Position numbers and translations under genes: made by a program. A stretch of 41,390 bases of DNA from Candidatus Woesearchaeota archaeon (lineage in GTDB: Archaea > Nanobdellota > Nanobdellia > SCGC-AAA011-G17 > UBA489): contig JACOVP010000005.1 in assembly GCA_016177265.1 (NCBI GenBank), forward strand, positions 1-41,390, in the 5' to 3' direction. Below, in pieces: positions 26,882 to 35,307 of this stretch. Below the pieces are notes generated by a model. The model saw nothing but the letters and a program-made list of their open reading frames with translations. It was not told where the DNA came from and searched no databases. Position 1 is the stretch's first letter. The number at the start of each line of letters is the position of its first letter.

Positions 26882-28039
26882 TTATTTTTTATATTTCTTC
26901 ACAAACTTCTCCATCCGCTCCAGAGCAGTTTCAATCTTCGGCAACGCAGTGGCATAGCTGCAACGAATGTATCCTTCCCCATAGCTCCCAAATTCTTTTC
27001 CCGGCACCACAGCAACCTTTGCTTCTTGCAGCAGATGGAATGCAAACTTAAAGCTATCATCAGTGATATGTTTGATGTTGGAAAACGTATAGAACGCCCC
27101 ATGCGGATTCACTGTCGCTAGCCCTATGTCATTCAGCCTTTTTACTATAACTTTTCTCCGTTTGTCATACTCCCTCCTCATGCTCTCAATGTACTTGTCG
27201 TCAATCGTTAATGCCTTTGCTGCCACCATCTGGCTTAGTGTTGGTGCACACAACGTCGTATAGATGTGCGTCTTCGTCATCGCATCAATCAGTAATTTTG
27301 GACCGACCGCATACCCAACTCGATACCCGCACATCGCATAACTCTTGCTGAAGGTATAGAACGAAACCGTGTATTTTTCCATGCCATTCAGACTCCCAAT
27401 ACTAATATGTGGTTTATTATAGACAATCCGCTCATACGCCTCATCACTAAAAATGTAGAGATTGAAATCACGCGCAATCGTTGCTATCTCCTCTAACAAC
27501 TTTTTGCTCAACACATTCCCCGTTGGATTAGATGGCGTGTTAATCATGATTGCTTTTGTTTTCTTAGGATCAATTAATTTTCTTAAGTCATCCGGATCGA
27601 TATTCCAGTCATTACTTTCATGCAGCTGCAATGGCACAGGAAAAGCGTCAAACAGTTCAAACATCGGTAAATACCCCAAGAAACTTGGATTGGGAATGAT
27701 GACCTGCTCAGCGACATCACAGGTGCATGCCGTTGCCAACAATAATGCCTCTTGACTCCCGCAGGTCACGATAATGTTATCTGGATGCGCTGTAATCTTA
27801 TTTTCTTTCTTGAGTTTTTTAATAATGGCTTCTTTTAACTCTTTTCTACCACCAGGAGCACTGTAATGGTTGCACTTGTCAGCAAACTGCTTCGTAAATT
27901 CGACTATAGGTTGCGGAGCAGACATGTCAGGTTCCCCCGGCCCGAGTGACACTACTGATTTATCTTCAGCAGCTAGTTTTATCAATTTAGAAATGACAGC
28001 ATCAGGTAACTGTACTTCTCGTTCTGCTATGTGCACCAT
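26882..28039 (-). CDS. Class I/II PLP-dependent aminotransferase (aspartate aminotransferase-like)
   Basis: It contains NTPSNPTG, SDEAY and the PLP-lysine motif SFSKSYAMCGYRVGY. Confidence 0.9.
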   Translation of the reverse strand: MVHIAEREVQLPDAVISKLIKLAAEDKSVVSLGPGEPDMSAPQPIVEFTKQFADKCNHYSAPGGRKELKEAIIKKLKKENKITAHPDNIIVTCGSQEALLLATACTCDVAEQVIIPNPSFLGYLPMFELFDAFPVPLQLHESNDWNIDPDDLRKLIDPKKTKAIMINTPSNPTGNVLSKKLLEEIATIARDFNLYIFSDEAYERIVYNKPHISIGSLNGMEKYTVSFYTFSKSYAMCGYRVGYAVGPKLLIDAMTKTHIYTTLCAPTLSQMVAAKALTIDDKYIESMRREYDKRRKVIVKRLNDIGLATVNPHGAFYTFSNIKHITDDSFKFAFHLLQEAKVAVVPGKEFGSYGEGYIRCSYATALPKIETALERMEKFVKKYKK

Positions 28040-28105
28040 ACTTCCTTTGGGTTAGAAGAGATTTAAATAGCCTCTGTTGTAATACGGGAGTGGGAAAAGA
28101 AAAAA

Positions 28106-28489
28106 TCATGCGGGCTGTAAGAGTTCTGCTACTCTCTCTTCAAGGTGAGCACCACGAATTAAACGCCATGCCAATCGATCACGGTCATGAAGCTGTGTTA
28201 AGTTCCTACAACCAAGTTTGGCTATATAAAGCATAAGAGTGGAGCAGGTAAGGTAATCTTTTCGTTTTAACCCATGGGATATTGCAAGGCGATGGAGATC
28301 TGTTGCTTGACTTCGAAGATGGATAACAACACCGGGATTGATCTCTCCTAGTTCACATAAGAAATCTACAGTTTCTGACTCGCTCAGAGCTGGTCTAAAG
28401 GAAGTAGTATTGCCAGAATGGTGAACATAACCGAGAAGTATGTGATTATAATAAATTTGTCGCCCTAATGATGTCTTTTCCATTAACAT
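28106..28489 (-). CDS. Hypothetical protein
   Basis: The roughly 127 aa ORF has an ambiguous start (TTG 28501, ATG 28489 or ATG 28483) preceded by a G-run. I recognise no motifs. Confidence 0.45.
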   Translation of the reverse strand: MLMEKTSLGRQIYYNHILLGYVHHSGNTTSFRPALSESETVDFLCELGEINPGVVIHLRSQATDLHRLAISHGLKRKDYLTCSTLMLYIAKLGCRNLTQLHDRDRLAWRLIRGAHLEERVAELLQPA

Positions 28490-28542
28490 CCCCCCCAACA
28501 ATGCATAGAAAAAGAAGAAAACACAACTATATAAAGACTTCG

Positions 28543-29415
28543 CTACGTCAAAATCTCCACCACTTTCGTGAAGATCAAATGAAAGTATTTCTCTGCAAAA
28601 TCCCTTCTCGGCTTGCTATAGTGGTCTAAATAATAGGTTATAAAAGGTCCGCATTTTCGCAAGATCTCCTGCATGTTCAGGTTGTAGCATCGGGCAATAT
28701 AGCGTAAGAGTTTCTTGGCTTGCTGTTCCTTATACTTCTTGAAAGGCAGAATCACTGACAGCAGAGAAAACTCAAAGTGCAACACAATACCTAAAATGTG
28801 TGGGTCTTTCTTGACTGCTCGTTTCAGTTTATCATAGAACACTGGCCGTGGACAAATCTTTTTCATCGAAAATTCCCGTTCATAGTAGTGGAGCAAGTGC
28901 TGTCCATAACCCCGTTGAATGAGCGCTGCATTCGTATACAAATCCTTCAATAACAAGACTGCATACTGTCCTATGTTTTCCAGCAGAGGAATGAATCGTT
29001 TTTGTTGCAACCTTGTCAAGAGATTGCTGTACAGTCGCAACACTTTTCTATACGATTGATGTAGTGGATAATAAGTTCCTTTCCGCATATGCTCAAGATG
29101 CATCAGTTCATGTAACAATAATCCCTCTAATGCTTGGGCATCACGCAGTAGAAAACGGTTGAAAGAAGTCAAGATGATGAGAACTAAAAACTCTTTTCCA
29201 TAGTGATAAGAAAAAGAAACCTTCTCTACAGCGCACATGCGACGAACATAATCCCTATCTTTCCGAGGAAAAGAATGCAGAATGCTGGATACATCCTGAT
29301 GCTCGTCAACAACATACACATGCACGTCCTGAGGAACACGAAGCAGCTTCTGCACTTTCTCAAGTGAACGGTGAAAGTACGGTTCTGATAAATCCCCTAA
29401 CAACGTGAGATGCAT
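28543..29415 (-). CDS. Hypothetical protein with HExxH motif (putative zinc metallopeptidase)
   Basis: The 290 aa product contains LLHELMHLEH. A TATA-like box (29438-29447) lies 27 nt upstream of the ATG. Confidence 0.6.
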   Translation of the reverse strand: MHLTLLGDLSEPYFHRSLEKVQKLLRVPQDVHVYVVDEHQDVSSILHSFPRKDRDYVRRMCAVEKVSFSYHYGKEFLVLIILTSFNRFLLRDAQALEGLLLHELMHLEHMRKGTYYPLHQSYRKVLRLYSNLLTRLQQKRFIPLLENIGQYAVLLLKDLYTNAALIQRGYGQHLLHYYEREFSMKKICPRPVFYDKLKRAVKKDPHILGIVLHFEFSLLSVILPFKKYKEQQAKKLLRYIARCYNLNMQEILRKCGPFITYYLDHYSKPRRDFAEKYFHLIFTKVVEILT

Positions 29416-29437
29416 AGAAAATATAAAAAAGTAATGC

Positions 29438-29447
29438 TATTTAAAGA
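29438..29447 (-). promoter_or_regulatory. TATA-like box for the HExxH gene
   Basis: CTTTAAATAG on the minus strand lies about 27 nt upstream of ATG 29415. Confidence 0.4.
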
Positions 29448-29451
29448 TACA

Positions 29452-30105
29452 CTATGGTCTTCCAGGTACATAGTGATGTCCTAAACATCTGGCTTCATAC
29501 CTTCTCTCTTGAACAACATCTTTGCCTCCAACGATAATTAAATCATCCCCATAAGGAACTGGTTCTCCATCGGGAAATAACCGTTGGGTAAAATAAGCAT
29601 CTTTGCCGCAACGTCGTTCCCCAGCATGACGTTTGTAAGCACAATACGCTGTCAATGATCGAATCAGTTGGGCATATGCCAGTAATTCACCCATGTGTCT
29701 CTCTGATGTCCTGAATGGAAAAGGTTCCCCTCGAAAGCTTAAATTGAGACCGCTGGCAATCACCATAATATCTCGCTTCATCGTCAGCTCACGACAAAGA
29801 TCTACAATCTTCCCATCCAAGAACTGTATTTCATCAATACCTACAACCCGAATACAAGGCTTCTCTTCTAGTACTGCAAGAATATCCTCTGCGAAAGCAG
29901 CAGTAAGACAAGGAAGCATTGCATTATTATGGGAAACCACCTTGCTTTCTCCCGTATAGCGGGTGTCCAAAGATGGTTTAAACAAAAGCACTTTTGGAGA
30001 AGCCTCTGTATGCTCATATCTGAACATCTCCCTATGAATTCTATCGCGAAGTCGCTCTGTTTTTCCAGAAAACATGCACCCCGTAATAACCTCTAACGTA
30101 GCCAT
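29452..30105 (-). CDS. tdk: Thymidine kinase
   Basis: It has the P-loop GCMFSGKT, GIDEIQFL and C-terminal Cys pairs (CAYK..RRCG, ARC). ATG 30105 has a TATA-like box 27 nt upstream. The track ORF to 30150 is an unlikely extension. Confidence 0.85.
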   Translation of the reverse strand: MATLEVITGCMFSGKTERLRDRIHREMFRYEHTEASPKVLLFKPSLDTRYTGESKVVSHNNAMLPCLTAAFAEDILAVLEEKPCIRVVGIDEIQFLDGKIVDLCRELTMKRDIMVIASGLNLSFRGEPFPFRTSERHMGELLAYAQLIRSLTAYCAYKRHAGERRCGKDAYFTQRLFPDGEPVPYGDDLIIVGGKDVVQERRYEARCLGHHYVPGRP

Positions 30106-30127
30106 ACACTTAAAAAGACAGTGAAGA

Positions 30128-30137
30128 TTTATAAAAA
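30128..30137 (-). promoter_or_regulatory. TATA-like box for tdk
   Basis: TTTTTATAAA on the minus strand lies about 27 nt upstream of ATG 30105. Confidence 0.45.
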
Positions 30138-30256
30138 TGAGTATACTCAACTATATAAAAAGGTCAAATTCCTCTGTTTCCAGCCAAAAAGAAGCTATTC
30201 TATCCATTTCTCAAACACCAGCGATAAGTATTTATACGAGTTCTGCTATAGAGGGT

Positions 30257-30267
30257 AGTGAGGGGGT
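30257..30267 (+). repeat. 11-bp direct repeat, left copy, near the left edge of the high-GC block
   Basis: AGTGAGGGGGT is identical to 36782-36792. The match extends to GGG[T/G]AGTGAGGGGGT with one mismatch. Confidence 0.6.
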
Positions 30268-30507
30268 TGAGACAGAAAACCTAGAGTGTGAAAAGAGTCC
30301 TCTCTCTCATGCTCATAGTCATAGGAACCGGGTAGGGTGGGTTTTCTGCTATGTCTTTTCCCTAACACCTCTTTTCCCCACTCTACCTCTTCCTTGACAA
30401 TTCTGGTCTTGGTGCATTCCAGTTCAAGGCTTATAGCCTGGCCCGTGCTCGAAAACTGATAGCTGGCGGACTGTCCTCCAGGTAGCCCCGTTACCACAAG
30501 TGCGTGG

Positions 30508-30532
30508 GGGGTAGTGGGCTGGACTCTACCCC
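30508..30532 (+). repeat. Perfect 7-bp stem hairpin upstream of the integrase start
   Basis: GGGGTAG (30508-30514) pairs with CTACCCC (30526-30532) across an 11-nt loop. Confidence 0.6.
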
Positions 30533-30582
30533 AGGGTGGGGGAATGGTAGTGACAGGATCTGCTCGGGGGAGGAACGAGACC

Positions 30583-32040
30583 ATGGAGATCGAGTACATT
30601 GACGTGAACGAGGTGGAGAAACGCTTCAGGCAGGCGCTGGCGAGGTTTGAGCAACGGCCGGACGTGAGCGAGGGGAACAAGGAGCTGCTCAAGCGGTTTC
30701 TGCGGGAATCATTCTTGGGGAAGACGAATCCTGGGCGGGCGAAGAAGCGAGTCGGCTTCTCGCGACTGCAGGGCTACTTGAACTACCTGTCGACCTTGAT
30801 CCGGTTCGTCCGCAAGGACCTGGACCAGGTGACGCAGGGAGACATGGAGGGCTTCATCGAGGCGCTCGAGCGGAATGAGATCCTGTCCATCCGGCCCATC
30901 ATGTATGGTCGTTCAGGATGGAAGGTCGCGAACACCCCCTTCAGCAAGAGCCACAAGCTCCACCTCAAGATGGCTGTCCGGAAGTTCTATCGGTGGCTCC
31001 TGGGCAACAATCGGGAATACCCGCCCCTGGTGGACTGGATTGAAGTGCTCCCTGTGCACCAGGAGATCCCTGCGCTCACGGAGGAGGAGGTCAGGCAGCT
31101 GCTCGGAGCCTGTTCAAGGACCGTGCACCGCGCCCTGATCCAGATGCTCTTTGACGGTGGCTTTCGGATCGCGGAGCTCCTGAATGTGCGGCTGTGTCAT
31201 GTCCAGCTCCAGTGCGTCGACGAGGAGGCCGGGCGGAAGTGCTTCCTCGTCCGCATCCCCTTCTCGAAGACCATGCCGCGAACCATTGTTCTCCCCATGG
31301 AGACCACGACCCGATGGTTGTCCTTGTGGCTCGCAGAGCATCCTGCGCAACCTGAAGTCCGGGAGGATGGCACGATCCAGTGCGACCAACTCCAAGCCCA
31401 GCTCTTTCCCATGCCGGTGAAGCGAGCTCGCACCATCCTGAAGACAGCAGGGAAACGGGCTCTGGCCAAGCGGGTCTATCCCCACCTGATCCGCCACACC
31501 TCTGCCACTTACTGGGCGAACCGCCTTCCCTACTTCAAGTTCTGCAAGCGCTTCGGCTGGACATTGACGAGCAAGATGCCCCAGCGCTACATCGACCGCC
31601 AAGGGATTGATGACCTGGACGTGGCCAGGATCTATCGGCAGACCAAGACGCCGCGGCAACCCCAGAGTGCTCCATCACTGCCATGTCCCGCGCTTGAACG
31701 GGAGGAACCTGACCCTCGCCAGACCGTTGAAGCGGATGGCCCCCCTCCACTACTGAATGAAAGGAGTGAGGGTCGAGGGCGAGCTCCAACACCGCAGGCG
31801 CCACCTCATAGTGACCTCGAACGCCTCGAGCGTCTCGGCCAGGTGCTGTTGCAGGAGCTGTGGCGACTGAAGGATGGGCAGACCGAAAACGGAACACCGG
31901 CAGAACGGGCAACAACCCTCAATACTACGCCCGTCGACGCATCGGAGGGAATGGATAGACGCCCCCGTGAACCGCTCCCTCCATGGACAACAAATCATCG
32001 GCAGGTTGTGAAGCAACAACGGAGCGTCGGATCCTGGTGA
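30583..32040 (+). CDS. Tyrosine recombinase / integrase with long Pro/Arg-rich C-terminal tail
   Basis: The catalytic pattern is present: GFRIAELLNVR (Arg), HLIRHTSATYW (HxxR) and MPQRYIDRQG (Tyr). GGAGG lies about 10 nt upstream of ATG 30583. The track start at 30514 is GTG. Confidence 0.85.
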   Translation: MEIEYIDVNEVEKRFRQALARFEQRPDVSEGNKELLKRFLRESFLGKTNPGRAKKRVGFSRLQGYLNYLSTLIRFVRKDLDQVTQGDMEGFIEALERNEILSIRPIMYGRSGWKVANTPFSKSHKLHLKMAVRKFYRWLLGNNREYPPLVDWIEVLPVHQEIPALTEEEVRQLLGACSRTVHRALIQMLFDGGFRIAELLNVRLCHVQLQCVDEEAGRKCFLVRIPFSKTMPRTIVLPMETTTRWLSLWLAEHPAQPEVREDGTIQCDQLQAQLFPMPVKRARTILKTAGKRALAKRVYPHLIRHTSATYWANRLPYFKFCKRFGWTLTSKMPQRYIDRQGIDDLDVARIYRQTKTPRQPQSAPSLPCPALEREEPDPRQTVEADGPPPLLNERSEGRGRAPTPQAPPHSDLERLERLGQVLLQELWRLKDGQTENGTPAERATTLNTTPVDASEGMDRRPREPLPPWTTNHRQVVKQQRSVGSW

Positions 32041-32100
32041 ACCACGTGCCGCAGAATGCGCGGGATGAAGAGAACGCATGTCCTTCTCAGCCCGCGAGCG

Positions 32101-32355
32101 CTAGAATTTGTACGCATCGTGGCGGTGCCGAAGCGACCGAATGAACAGTTCATCAGAAGCACGGTCATGGTCGACGAACAGGCGGTAGGAACCGATGCGG
32201 ATCTTTCCGAAGTCAACACCCTCAAGATGCTCGATGTAACGGAGGACGTCCTTGGCGATGTCCCTGTGAAGCTTCTTGAGAATCCGTGCGCGGACATGGT
32301 GCTCAAGCTTATCTAAGGTGTCTTGAGCTTCCGGACCCCATCTAATCGACGTCAT
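32101..32355 (-). CDS. RelE/ParE-superfamily toxin
   Basis: The 84 aa product has the pattern IGSYRLFVDHD...LFIRSLRHRHDAY typical of RelE/ParE toxins. An ATGA overlap links it to the upstream antitoxin gene. Confidence 0.7.
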   Translation of the reverse strand: MTSIRWGPEAQDTLDKLEHHVRARILKKLHRDIAKDVLRYIEHLEGVDFGKIRIGSYRLFVDHDRASDELFIRSLRHRHDAYKF

Positions 32356-32564
32356 TGCACGTCGTACTTCTTGATCAGGTCCTCGTTGCTCACAAACTCA
32401 GTTCGTTTACGACGACGCGATGCTGCGACTTCGGCAATCACATCGTCCGCCACGCGGAGGTCGTCTTCGTTGACAGCGTCCTGCATGAGGAGGCGGAGCT
32501 GACGAACTTCTTTCCGGAGGCCGTGCAGTTCGCGGTGGACTTGCTGGAGCGTTACCGTTGTCAT
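32352..32564 (-). CDS. Putative antitoxin partner of the RelE-like toxin
   Basis: The 70 aa helical protein is translationally coupled upstream of the toxin. A TATA-like box (32585-32595) lies 26 nt upstream of the ATG. Confidence 0.6.
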   Translation of the reverse strand: MTTVTLQQVHRELHGLRKEVRQLRLLMQDAVNEDDLRVADDVIAEVAASRRRKRTEFVSNEDLIKKYDVQ

Positions 32565-32584
32565 GAAACTCTGGAAGAGGCGCT

Positions 32585-32595
32585 CCTATAAAAAG
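32585..32595 (-). promoter_or_regulatory. TATA-like box for the island antitoxin-toxin operon
   Basis: CTTTTTATAGG on the minus strand lies about 26 nt upstream of ATG 32564. It is an isolated A/T patch in GC-rich DNA. Confidence 0.45.
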
Positions 32596-32689
32596 ATTAC
32601 GCTTGGCGCTAGGAAGGAGAGCGAGCATCTCAGGTGATGGCTTATAAGGAATGGATCGACCGAAGGGCGAATAGTGAGAACCCTGTCCG

Positions 32690-34669
32690 ATGAACATGCC
32701 ATCCCTGCTGCGAAAACTCGAACCCCTCCTTCCAAGAGAAGTGAAACGGTGGCGTCTGATGCTTCCGTTGGTGAACGAGGACACGAGGAAACTCCTGGAG
32801 CGCCAGATCATCAGCCTAGCCCACAAGCATCTTGGGAATCACAACCAGCGGCTCTTGCTGCCACCTCCGCCAGAGAAGCTGTCCAAGGGCACGTTCAACC
32901 TCGGCACGATCCTCTATGACACGGAGAAGTGGTCATTCGCCTTGACGGAAGGAGAGCTGCTGCAGAACCTTGCCATCTTCGGTCGTTCTGGTGCAGGAAA
33001 AACGAATGTGGTCTTCCATCTCCTCCAGCAGTTTCTCAAGAAAGGCATCCCGTTCCTCTTCTTCGATTGGAAACGGACAGCACGCCATCTCCTTCCTCTC
33101 TTGAAGCACCCGGTGTTGCTCTACACGCCAGGACGAAAACTCGCTCCCTTTCCCTTCAACACCTTGATCCCGCCACCTGGTCTTGAACAGCATCTCCACG
33201 TGCAGCAGGTCCTGGACATCCTGGCAGCGGCCTACACCCTGGGTGACGGTGCCACGAGTCTCATCCAGCGCGTCCTCCAGGAATGGTACACGAAGAACGC
33301 AACACCGCCCATGATCCATGACCTCGTCCAAGAACTGCAATGCCTGAATGTGAAAGGTCGGGCTCACGGGTGGCATGCTTCGGCGGTGCGTGCACTCCAA
33401 AGTCTGGACTATGCTGACCTCGTTACTTCCACTGCTGAAGATCAGGAGGCCAGGGTCGACGAACTCCTCCACCACTCGACGATCCTCGAGCTCAATGGTC
33501 TGGGCGACAACGCGAAGCAGTTCCTCATTCCATCCATGCTCCTCTGGATCTTCAACGCCCGCCTCGCCAGGAGTGACCGAGAGCAGCTCCGCTTCGTGGT
33601 CATCGTGGAAGAGGCACACCACCTGCTCTACACGCGGAAGGGCCAGGAGTCCGCGATGGAACGCTTGGTCCGTCAATGTCGGGAGCTGGGCATCGCCATG
33701 GTCATCGTCGACCAGCACCCCCACTTGATTTCCAGCGCTGCCCTGGGTAATACCTTCACCACGATCTGCCTGAACCTCAAAGATCCCCGGGACATGAATC
33801 GTGCTGCTGCCCTCTGCCTCCTCGATGAAGAGGACCGTGGACACTTGAGCACGCTGCCCGTTGGTCATGGGATTGTGAAGCTCCAGAACCGCTGGCACCA
33901 ACCCTTCCTCGTTCGATTCCCTCTGGTGCAGGTGGAGAAGGGAGCAGTCACCAATGATCGCCTTCACGCCTTCCTCATTGGCAAGAGACCACGTTCGGGA
34001 CGAAAACCGCCTTTGTCGTTGAAGGAAGAGGGCGTTCGGCAGGTTCGGTTTGTGGATGTCATTCCTTCAGAGGATGCATGCCGTCTGATCGAGGATTGTG
34101 TCCTCCATCCCTTTGACGGGGTGAAGGCACGCTACCAACGCCTGAGTTGGAGTGCGGATAAGGGAACGAGGCTGGTGAGGGAGCTGGTGGCTGCAGGACT
34201 CCTGGAGTTGGAAAGGGTTGACCTTGGCACCACGAGGAAGACCTTGCTTCGGCCCAGTCGCAGTGCTAGGCTCGCCCTTGGCCTTGACCACCATCCCCAG
34301 CATGAGTCCATCGCCCATGAGTTTTGGAAGTACCACGTCGCTGCCCAGTTTCTGGAAGCGGAGTACCAGGTCGAGATCGAGGCTCCTCGTCCAAGGGGAG
34401 GAGGACGGGTGGACGTGCTGGCCAGGAAGGGCGAGGAATCTGTTGCCATCGAAGTCGAGACTGGGAAGAGTGACGTGGTGGGGAACGTGAAAGCTGACCT
34501 GGCAGCGGGGTTCACCAGGGTGGTGGTTATCGCCACGGATGATGTTGCGAGGGAGTCCATCGAGCGACAGCTAGGGAGGGCTGGACTGCTGATGACAGAA
34601 CGAGTGATCGTCGCCGACTTGGACATGGTCCTCCGTCACCCGGCGATAGACTACCGGAGGAAGCCCTAA
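32690..34669 (+). CDS. HerA/FtsK-like (DUF87-type) P-loop ATPase fused to winged-helix and PD-(D/E)xK-like nuclease modules
   Basis: It has Walker A GRSGAGKT (32981-33004), Walker B FVVIVEEAH and VIVDQHP. The C-terminal part reads GVKARYQRL...LVRELVAAGLL (wHTH-like) followed by VDVLA...AIEVETGKS (nuclease-like). Confidence 0.85.
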   Translation: MNMPSLLRKLEPLLPREVKRWRLMLPLVNEDTRKLLERQIISLAHKHLGNHNQRLLLPPPPEKLSKGTFNLGTILYDTEKWSFALTEGELLQNLAIFGRSGAGKTNVVFHLLQQFLKKGIPFLFFDWKRTARHLLPLLKHPVLLYTPGRKLAPFPFNTLIPPPGLEQHLHVQQVLDILAAAYTLGDGATSLIQRVLQEWYTKNATPPMIHDLVQELQCLNVKGRAHGWHASAVRALQSLDYADLVTSTAEDQEARVDELLHHSTILELNGLGDNAKQFLIPSMLLWIFNARLARSDREQLRFVVIVEEAHHLLYTRKGQESAMERLVRQCRELGIAMVIVDQHPHLISSAALGNTFTTICLNLKDPRDMNRAAALCLLDEEDRGHLSTLPVGHGIVKLQNRWHQPFLVRFPLVQVEKGAVTNDRLHAFLIGKRPRSGRKPPLSLKEEGVRQVRFVDVIPSEDACRLIEDCVLHPFDGVKARYQRLSWSADKGTRLVRELVAAGLLELERVDLGTTRKTLLRPSRSARLALGLDHHPQHESIAHEFWKYHVAAQFLEAEYQVEIEAPRPRGGGRVDVLARKGEESVAIEVETGKSDVVGNVKADLAAGFTRVVVIATDDVARESIERQLGRAGLLMTERVIVADLDMVLRHPAIDYRRKP

Positions 34670-35307
34670 TGGAAACTACATACCGTGTTATCGACTTGAC
34701 GGTTAACTTCGAGAAGCGGCGATTGATCCTCCACGAGATCGAGGCCAATAAACAAGCTCTTCTCGAGCTCCTGAACCCACAAGGAGGATACAATATTGGC
34801 ATCCGAAAGGAGGCTCTCATCCTTGATTTCGCGGCGGGTCGCTTCATCGCGGAGGAGACCGGGATCATTGCTTTCCATTTTCGTGGCGCTACTATCCAAA
34901 AAGTCCAGCAACCCATTATTGCATGTACATCGCACATTTGCGAGACCTTAGGCTGGCCCAGAAACAATGAACCAATCTCCGTGAACATAGAAATCGTCTC
35001 CGAGACGACTAAAGCAAACGCTGGTTCATTTACTGCGAAGCATCTAGATGTTCCCGCCCTAGAAACCCTCCTGTCGCAGAAGATTCCCCATGCTGGGCTG
35101 ACGCTCTTCCTAACGCCATTGGATACGCAACGACCACGAGAAGATGTGCGGGTGAGAATTGAGCCACTGGCCAAGGAGCCGCATCAGAAGCTCTACGTTC
35201 GCCTCTCATTGGACGCAGAGGACACGCGAATCGCCAAAATCGAAGCGCATCTGGCTAGGTGCGATACACTTCTCGGGCAGATACAGGAGGCGATAAGCGC
35301 ATCATGA
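34669..35307 (+). CDS. Hypothetical protein (operon gene 2)
   Basis: The 212 aa ORF has an ATG that overlaps the ATPase stop (TAATG). I recognise no motifs. Confidence 0.65.
   Translation: METTYRVIDLTVNFEKRRLILHEIEANKQALLELLNPQGGYNIGIRKEALILDFAAGRFIAEETGIIAFHFRGATIQKVQQPIIACTSHICETLGWPRNNEPISVNIEIVSETTKANAGSFTAKHLDVPALETLLSQKIPHAGLTLFLTPLDTQRPREDVRVRIEPLAKEPHQKLYVRLSLDAEDTRIAKIEAHLARCDTLLGQIQEAISAS

Noticed and set aside
28121-30248. The 11-mer GAGTTCTGCTA is repeated at 28121-28131 and 30238-30248. Related TTCTGCTAT copies lie at 28022-28030 and 30344-30352.
   Set aside because: Many 11-mer pairs are expected by chance in 41 kb. One copy lies inside coding sequence. No mobile-element logic ties them together.
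30106-30582. I searched for a tRNA gene as the integration target at the left edge of the island.
   Set aside because: I found no cloverleaf-compatible sequence and no T-arm consensus (GGTTCGAAT-like) on either strand. The ORFs 30137-30397 and 30246-30692 in this stretch have no motifs and straddle the compositional edge.
31114-31659. A 181-aa minus-strand ORF lies inside the integrase gene. Similar ORFs occur at 31197-31469 and 31535-31915.
   Set aside because: These are antisense to the integrase catalytic region and have low-complexity Arg/Gly/Pro composition typical of GC-rich artefacts.
32933-33967. A 344-aa minus-strand ORF lies antisense to the ATPase gene.
   Set aside because: It is entirely antisense to a gene with clear Walker A and B motifs. 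GC-rich DNA is stop-poor and produces long spurious ORFs. I recognise no motifs in it.
34527-35174. A 215-aa minus-strand ORF overlaps the end of the ATPase gene and operon gene 2. The ORF at 34132-34626 is similar.
   Set aside because: They conflict with a plus-strand chain of translationally coupled genes. Their Ser/Arg-rich composition suggests an antisense artefact.
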